A stretch of DNA of 64,000 nt from an uncultured Actinomycetota bacterium (GTDB lineage Bacteria > Actinomycetota > Actinomycetes > Propionibacteriales > Nocardioidaceae). How positions within the stretch are numbered: the first letter of the stretch is position 1; every line of letters starts with the position of its first letter. This document shows positions 58,806 through 64,000 of the stretch, one piece after another. The DNA is taken from assembly GCA_963781745.1 (NCBI GenBank), contig CAWAHH010000015.1, positions 2,281 through 66,280 on the forward strand. The letters run 5' to 3'. Below the pieces are notes generated by a model. It was not told where the DNA came from, did not search any database, and saw only the letters and a list, made by a program, of their open reading frames with translations. Position numbers and translations under genes: made by a program.

Positions 58806-59414
58806 ATCACCGACACCGCGCTCGGCCTCGACGAGGCCGCCGAGCTGACCCGCACCGGAGACGTCTGGCTGTTCCGTGGCCGCTCGGCCGCCGACCACGC
58901 CATCCGGGCCCTGACCAACAGCCCGGTCAACCACGTCGGTATGGCGGTCGTGCTCGACGACCTCCCGCCGCTGATGTGGCACGCCGAGCTCGGCCGCGGG
59001 CTCGTCGACGTGTGGACCGGGACGTTCCACCGCGGCGTGCAGCTGCACGACCTCAAGGCGGCCGTGACCCAGTGGCAGGAGCGCTACGAGCAGCGGGCGT
59101 GGCTGCGCCAGCTCGTCACGCCGGTGACCCCCGAGATGGAGGCGGCCGTGCTCCGGACGATCGCCCGGCTCGACGGCACGCCGTTCCCCTCGACGGTCGC
59201 GTTGGCCGGCCGGTGGGTGCGGGGACGCCGCCGGCGTGCGGCCTCGGTCGAGACGACCTACTGCGCGGAGGTCGTCGCGGCGACGTACCAGGCGATGGGG
59301 CTGCTCGGCGACCAGCACCCCACCAACTACTACGACCCCGGCAGCTTCTGGTCCGGCGACGGGCTCGAGCTGCTCGACGGGGCGCGCCTCGGCGACGAGA
59401 TCGCGGTGCGCTGA
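58806..59414 (+). CDS. Permuted papain-like NlpC/P60 (YiiX/YebB-like) protein; start uncertain
   Basis: TGDVWLFRG; SPVNHVGM; YCAEVVA..YQAMG. Confidence 0.75.
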   Translation: MTDTALGLDEAAELTRTGDVWLFRGRSAADHAIRALTNSPVNHVGMAVVLDDLPPLMWHAELGRGLVDVWTGTFHRGVQLHDLKAAVTQWQERYEQRAWLRQLVTPVTPEMEAAVLRTIARLDGTPFPSTVALAGRWVRGRRRRAASVETTYCAEVVAATYQAMGLLGDQHPTNYYDPGSFWSGDGLELLDGARLGDEIAVR

Positions 59415-59429
59415 GCCGCTGCGGAGAGG

Positions 59430-60233
59430 TCAGGCGCGCGCCAGCACCTCGCCGTGCAGCACGCTGAACCAGCCGTCCTCCTCGGTCGCCCAGCGCCGCC
59501 AGCCCGCGGCGATCCTGGCCAGGTCGCCGGTGCTCGCCAGCCCGCGGTCGACGGCCTGCCTGGCGAGCGCGGAGTCGACGACCCGGTCGGCCCACAGGCC
59601 GCCCCACCACGCGCGGTCGGCCTCGTCGGCGAAGCACCAGGTGCTCGACGAGGCGGTGACGTCGGCGAGCCCGGCCGCGTGCGCCCACGACAGCAGCCGT
59701 CGGCCCGCGTCGGGCTCGGCGCGGTTGGAGCGGGCCACGGCGACGTACACCGCGAGCCACTCGTCGAGCTCGGGCAGCGACGGGAACCACGTGAAGGCGC
59801 CGTAGTCGGAGTCGCGGGCCGCGACGATCCCACCGGGCGCGCAGACCCGCCGCATCTCGCGCAGCGCGGTCACCGGGTCCGCGACGTGCTGGAGCACCTG
59901 GTGGGCGTGCACCACGTCGAACGCGTCGTCGGGCAGGTCGAGCGCCTCGACGTCGCCGGTCACGAAGCCCACGCCGTCGACCCCGCGGCGCGCTGCCTCC
60001 TCCCGCGCGAGCGACAGGGCCGCCTCGTCGGTCTCCAGCGCGGTGACCCGGCCGTCCGGGCCGAGCCGCTCGGCGAGGTCGAGGGTGATCGTGCCCGGCC
60101 CGCAGCCGACGTCGAGCAGCCTCCCGCCGGGAGGGAGGTGCGGCAGCAGGTAGCCGGCGGAGTTCTCGGCGGTGCGCCACCGGTGCGAGCGCAGCACGGA
60201 CTCGTGGTGGCCGTGGGTGTAGGTGTTCGCCAT
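59430..60233 (-). CDS. Class I SAM-dependent methyltransferase
   Basis: LLDVGCGPGTIT; FDVVHAHQVLQH. Confidence 0.92.
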   Translation of the reverse strand: MANTYTHGHHESVLRSHRWRTAENSAGYLLPHLPPGGRLLDVGCGPGTITLDLAERLGPDGRVTALETDEAALSLAREEAARRGVDGVGFVTGDVEALDLPDDAFDVVHAHQVLQHVADPVTALREMRRVCAPGGIVAARDSDYGAFTWFPSLPELDEWLAVYVAVARSNRAEPDAGRRLLSWAHAAGLADVTASSSTWCFADEADRAWWGGLWADRVVDSALARQAVDRGLASTGDLARIAAGWRRWATEEDGWFSVLHGEVLARA

Positions 60234-60237
60234 CCGC

Positions 60238-60795
60238 TCAGGTCCCTTCCGATCGGCGGGCCACCGGTCGCTCGAAGAGCAGCTCGAGGCCGTCCTCCTC
60301 GTCCCACTGCTCGCCGACCCGCTCGAAGCCGAACGGCTCGATCGTGCGCAGCGACGCCTCGTTCTCCGGGCTGATGCTGGCCCGCACCACCGACACCTCC
60401 GGCTCGCCGTCGGCCCAGTCCAGCGCGGCGTGCAGCATCGAGGTGGCGTAGCCCCGGCGCCGGTGGGCCGGGTCCACGCTGTAGGCCACCTCGACCATCC
60501 CGCGCTCGTCCGGGGGTCCGTGGAAGCCGACGTGCCCGACCACCTCGCCGGTCGCCTCGTCGAGCGCCGCCCGCGCCACCCACTCCAGGCTGGCCGGGTC
60601 GAGCGCCGCCTGCTCGAGGCGGATGTCCCAGAGCCACCCGTGCTCGACGAGGTACGGCGTGAGGGGTGCGCCGGCCTCCGCCGACGCGGTGGCGAGGTCC
60701 CCGGCGATCAGCGCGCGCATCGCGCTCTCGGGCAGCCGGACCAGCCGCAGCGCGTGCGCGGGGGACCCGGCGTGGGCCCGCGAGGAGGAGGTCAC
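60238..60795 (-). CDS. GNAT (RimJ/RimL-like) acetyltransferase
   Basis: GFHGPPDERGMVEVAYSVDPAHRRRGYA; NEASLR. Confidence 0.88.
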   Translation of the reverse strand: MTSSSRAHAGSPAHALRLVRLPESAMRALIAGDLATASAEAGAPLTPYLVEHGWLWDIRLEQAALDPASLEWVARAALDEATGEVVGHVGFHGPPDERGMVEVAYSVDPAHRRRGYATSMLHAALDWADGEPEVSVVRASISPENEASLRTIEPFGFERVGEQWDEEDGLELLFERPVARRSEGT

Positions 60796-60876
60796 CGTCC
60801 GACCGTAGCCCGACCTCCTCGTCAGGGTCCTGTTAGGACGCTGGAGGCCGAGGCCCGGCGCGCGCACGATCGAGGG

Positions 60877-61323
60877 GTGACCACCAGGACCCTCACCCGG
60901 ACCCTCACCGGGACCCTCACCGGGACCCGCACCGCACCGCCCGGGACGGTGCTCGCCGCGACCACCCTCGCCACGGCCGGACCCCGGGCGATCAGGCTGC
61001 GGCGGACGCTGCTCGGCGCCGCCTCGGGCCGGCTGTTCGCGGCCTACTGGGGCTGCCTGGGCCTCGTCGACCTCACCCGGTCGGCCCCCGACGTCGTCGG
61101 GGTCGCGGCGGTGGCCGTGCTCGTCGCCGGGCTGAGCGTCCGCCAGCGGCCCCTCGTGGCGCTCGCGCTGGCCGGGACGGGCTGGCTGTTCGTCACCGGG
61201 TTCGTCGTGCACTCCCTCGGCGTGCTCGCCGTGGGCGGTCCCGCGGACGCCGTACGCCTCGGGGTGCTGGTGGCGGCCGCGACCGCCGTCTCCGCCCTCG
61301 GCCGTCGGACGGGCCGCCGATGA
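60877..61323 (+). CDS. Small multi-TM protein (DUF4118-like)
   Basis: Hydrophobic helices, [10 protein letters not shown]; ATGA overlap with the transporter. Confidence 0.65.
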   Translation: MTTRTLTRTLTGTLTGTRTAPPGTVLAATTLATAGPRAIRLRRTLLGAASGRLFAAYWGCLGLVDLTRSAPDVVGVAAVAVLVAGLSVRQRPLVALALAGTGWLFVTGFVVHSLGVLAVGGPADAVRLGVLVAAATAVSALGRRTGRR

Positions 61324-63311
61324 GCCTCACCGTGCGACCGCCGCGCGCCGCGACCCCCGCGCCGGCCCCGGACCGGGCGCCCCGGCGTGGGCGGCTGCGC
61401 GCCTGGCTGCTCGCGGACGCCGGCGGCCGTGCGGGCGCCCAGCCGGGCCCGCACGCCAGCGCCCCCAGCAACGAGCGGCGGCACCCGTGGTGGAAGGTGA
61501 TGTGCCTGACCGGTGTCGACTACTTCTCCACGCTCGGCTACCAGCCCGGGATCGCCGCCGTCGCCGCTGGCGTGCTCGCGCCGTTCGCGACCCTGGTGCT
61601 GGTCGCGCTGACCCTGCTGGGCGCGCTGCCGGTCTACCGGCGGGTGGCCAGCGAGAGCCCGCACGGCCAGGGGTCGATCGCGATGCTCGAGCGGCTGCTG
61701 TCGCGCTGGTCGGCCAAGCTGTTCGTGCTCGTGCTGCTCGGCTTCGCGGCCACCGACTTCCTGATCACGATGACGCTGAGCGCGGCCGACGCGACCGCCC
61801 ACCTCGTCGAGAACCCGCACGTCCCGGACCTGCTCCACGGTCACGAGGTGGCGATCACGCTGGGCCTTCTCGCGCTGCTCGGCGCGGTGTTCCTGCGCGG
61901 CTTCACCGAGGCGATCGGGGTCGCCGTCGTGCTGGTCGGGACCTACCTCGCGCTCAACGTCGTGGTGCTGGGCGTCTCGCTGTGGCAGCTGGTCAGCCAC
62001 CCGGCCCTGGTCGGCGACTGGAGCACGGCCCTGACCACCCAGCACGGCGACCCGCTGATGGTCGTCGCGCTCTCGCTGCTGGTCTTCCCCAAGCTCGCGC
62101 TCGGCATGTCGGGCTTCGAGACCGGCGTCGCGGTGATGACGCACGTCGAGGGCGACCCCGGCGACACCGAGGACGACCCGCGCGGTCGGGTCCGCGGCAC
62201 CCAGCGGCTGCTCGTCACGGCGGCGGTCACGATGAGCGTCTTCCTGGTGCTCAGCAGCATCGCGACGACGATGCTGATCCCGGCGGCGGCGTTCCAGGAC
62301 GGGGGCCCGGCGAACGGACGGGCGCTGGCCTACCTCGCGCACGGCTACCTCGGCGACGTGTTCGGCTCGGTGTACGACGCGAGCACGATCGCGATCCTGT
62401 GGTTCGCCGGCGCCTCGGCGATGGCCGGCCTGCTCAACCTCATCCCGCGCTACCTGCCGCGCTACGGCATGGCCCCGGCCTGGTCGCGGGCCGTCCGCCC
62501 GCTCGTCCTGGTCCTGACGGCCGTCGCGTTCCTGGTCACCTGGATCTTCCGCGCCGACGTCGACGCGCAGGGCGGCGCCTACGCCACCGGCGTGCTGGTG
62601 CTGTTCACGTCCGCGGGCGCGGCGGTCACGCTCGCCGCGCGGCGCGCCGGCCAGCCGCGCCGGTCGGTCGCGTTCGCGGTGATCACGGTGGTCTTCGCCT
62701 ACACGACTGTCGACAACGTGGTGGAGCGCCCCGACGGCGTGAAGATCGGCGCCTGCTTCATCGCTGCCATCCTCGCGGTCTCGGTCGCCTCCCGGCTGTC
62801 GCGGGCGTTCGAGCTGCGCGCGACCGACGTACGCCTCGACCCGACCGCGGAGCTGTTCGTCCGCGACTGCGCGCGCCGCACGATCCGGCTGGTCGCCAAC
62901 GAGGCCGACGCCCGCGACCGCAGGGAGTACGACGACAAGCTGCGCCAGCTCCGGGCGGACCAGGAGCTGCCGGAGGGCTGCGACGTGGTGTTCGTCGAGG
63001 TGACCGTGAGCGACCCGTCGGACTTCGAGACCCGGCTCGACGTGCACGGGGAGGTCATGGACGGCCGGCACCGCGTGCTCACCGTCGAGTCGTCGTCGGT
63101 GCCCAGCGCGCTCGCCGCGCTGCTGCTCCACGTGCGCGACCTGACCGGCGCCACGCCGCACGTCTACTTCGAGTGGACCGAGGGCAACCCGGTGCCGAAC
63201 TTCCTGCGCTTCCTGGCGTTCGGCGTCGGCGAGGTCGCGCCGGTGACCCGCGAGGTGCTCCGGCGGGCCGAGCCGGACCGCGCCCGACGCCCGCACGTGC
63301 ACGTGGGCTGA
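61320..63311 (+). CDS. APC-superfamily transporter (KimA-like)
   Basis: [21 protein letters not shown]; [14 protein letters not shown]; [10 protein letters not shown]. Confidence 0.85.
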   Translation: MSLTVRPPRAATPAPAPDRAPRRGRLRAWLLADAGGRAGAQPGPHASAPSNERRHPWWKVMCLTGVDYFSTLGYQPGIAAVAAGVLAPFATLVLVALTLLGALPVYRRVASESPHGQGSIAMLERLLSRWSAKLFVLVLLGFAATDFLITMTLSAADATAHLVENPHVPDLLHGHEVAITLGLLALLGAVFLRGFTEAIGVAVVLVGTYLALNVVVLGVSLWQLVSHPALVGDWSTALTTQHGDPLMVVALSLLVFPKLALGMSGFETGVAVMTHVEGDPGDTEDDPRGRVRGTQRLLVTAAVTMSVFLVLSSIATTMLIPAAAFQDGGPANGRALAYLAHGYLGDVFGSVYDASTIAILWFAGASAMAGLLNLIPRYLPRYGMAPAWSRAVRPLVLVLTAVAFLVTWIFRADVDAQGGAYATGVLVLFTSAGAAVTLAARRAGQPRRSVAFAVITVVFAYTTVDNVVERPDGVKIGACFIAAILAVSVASRLSRAFELRATDVRLDPTAELFVRDCARRTIRLVANEADARDRREYDDKLRQLRADQELPEGCDVVFVEVTVSDPSDFETRLDVHGEVMDGRHRVLTVESSSVPSALAALLLHVRDLTGATPHVYFEWTEGNPVPNFLRFLAFGVGEVAPVTREVLRRAEPDRARRPHVHVG

Positions 63312-63317
63312 GCGGAC

Positions 63318-64000
63318 CTACTTGCCGGTGGCGAGCAGCTTGGGGTTCTTGAACGTCGCGGGCTCGTGCAGCCGGGTCATCCGGTCCAGAGGCCACACGA
63401 TGGCCCACACCTTCCCGACGACGTCGTCGACCGGGACCGTGCCGCCGCCCGGCAGGTCCTGGTGGAAGCGGGAGTCCTCGCTGTTGGACCGGTTGTCGCC
63501 CATCACCCAGATCCGGCCCTTGGGCACGGTGATGTCGAAGGGTCGCTCGGAGGGCGCGGCGCCCGCCATGATGTAGGACTTCTCCTCGAGGGGTACGTCG
63601 TTGACGGTGATCCGGCCGCCGCTGTCGCAGCAGACCACGTGGTCCCCGCCGATGCCGATGACCCGCTTCACGAGGTGCCCGCCGGTGGGGTAGAGCCCGA
63701 TCTCGGAGAGCGCCTTCTGCGCGGGGGTGAGCCGCACGACCCCCTCGGCGCCGAGCCAGCGGCCGCCCGGGTCGTCGAAGACCACCACGTCGCCGCGCTG
63801 GACGTCGCCGCCCCAGTAGGAGATCTTCTGCACCAGGATCCGGTCGTCGTCGACGAACAGCGGCCGCATCGACCCTGACGGCACGAAGAACATCTGGACG
63901 AAGAACGTCTTGACGACGGCCGACACGAGCAGCGCGAGGACGAGCAGCAGGATCGTCTCGGCCCAGATCGGCAGCGACCGGCGCTTGCGGGTGCGCTCGG
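63318..64000 (-). CDS. lepB: Signal peptidase I (5' end off the window)
   Basis: VPSGSM; LVKRVIG; MGDNRSNSEDSR. Confidence 0.93.
   Translation of the reverse strand, partial: ERTRKRRSLPIWAETILLLVLALLVSAVVKTFFVQMFFVPSGSMRPLFVDDDRILVQKISYWGGDVQRGDVVVFDDPGGRWLGAEGVVRLTPAQKALSEIGLYPTGGHLVKRVIGIGGDHVVCCDSGGRITVNDVPLEEKSYIMAGAAPSERPFDITVPKGRIWVMGDNRSNSEDSRFHQDLPGGGTVPVDDVVGKVWAIVWPLDRMTRLHEPATFKNPKLLATGK

Overview
High-GC actinobacterial chromosome (Nocardioidaceae-like gene order) close to the replication origin. Bases 1-9963 are the right-hand part of an actinomycete integrative conjugative element (AICE) inserted in tRNA-Ile. It has RepSA, WhiB-like, TraB/FtsK, Pra-like and GntR/Kor genes and ends in a duplicated 3' half of tRNA-Ile (att site, 9920-9963). 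Its visibly lower-GC cargo is the best candidate for a new system: DUF262 NTPase with an apparently dead HNH domain, then an overlapping HGDEF-variant diguanylate cyclase, then a PD-(D/E)XK-like nuclease. After DLW-39 and tRNA-Ala comes a ~15.5 kb quaternary-amine catabolic cluster (three N-demethylase-type genes including a non-pyrrolysine MttB, an Opu-type ABC importer and an StcD-like flavoenzyme). It encloses a ygcW/ygcU/ygcE-like SDR, alkyl-DHAP-synthase-like and FGGY kinase module, which I hypothesise degrades betaine-lipid head groups. The rest is mostly conserved core: ppiA, rhomboid, crgA, DUF881, pknB, pbpA, rodA, pstP, fhaB, fhaA and tRNA-Leu, followed by metabolic and transport genes and lepB. 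Many frameshifts, including in normally essential genes, look like sequencing errors. All family calls come from motifs recognised by eye; no searches were run.
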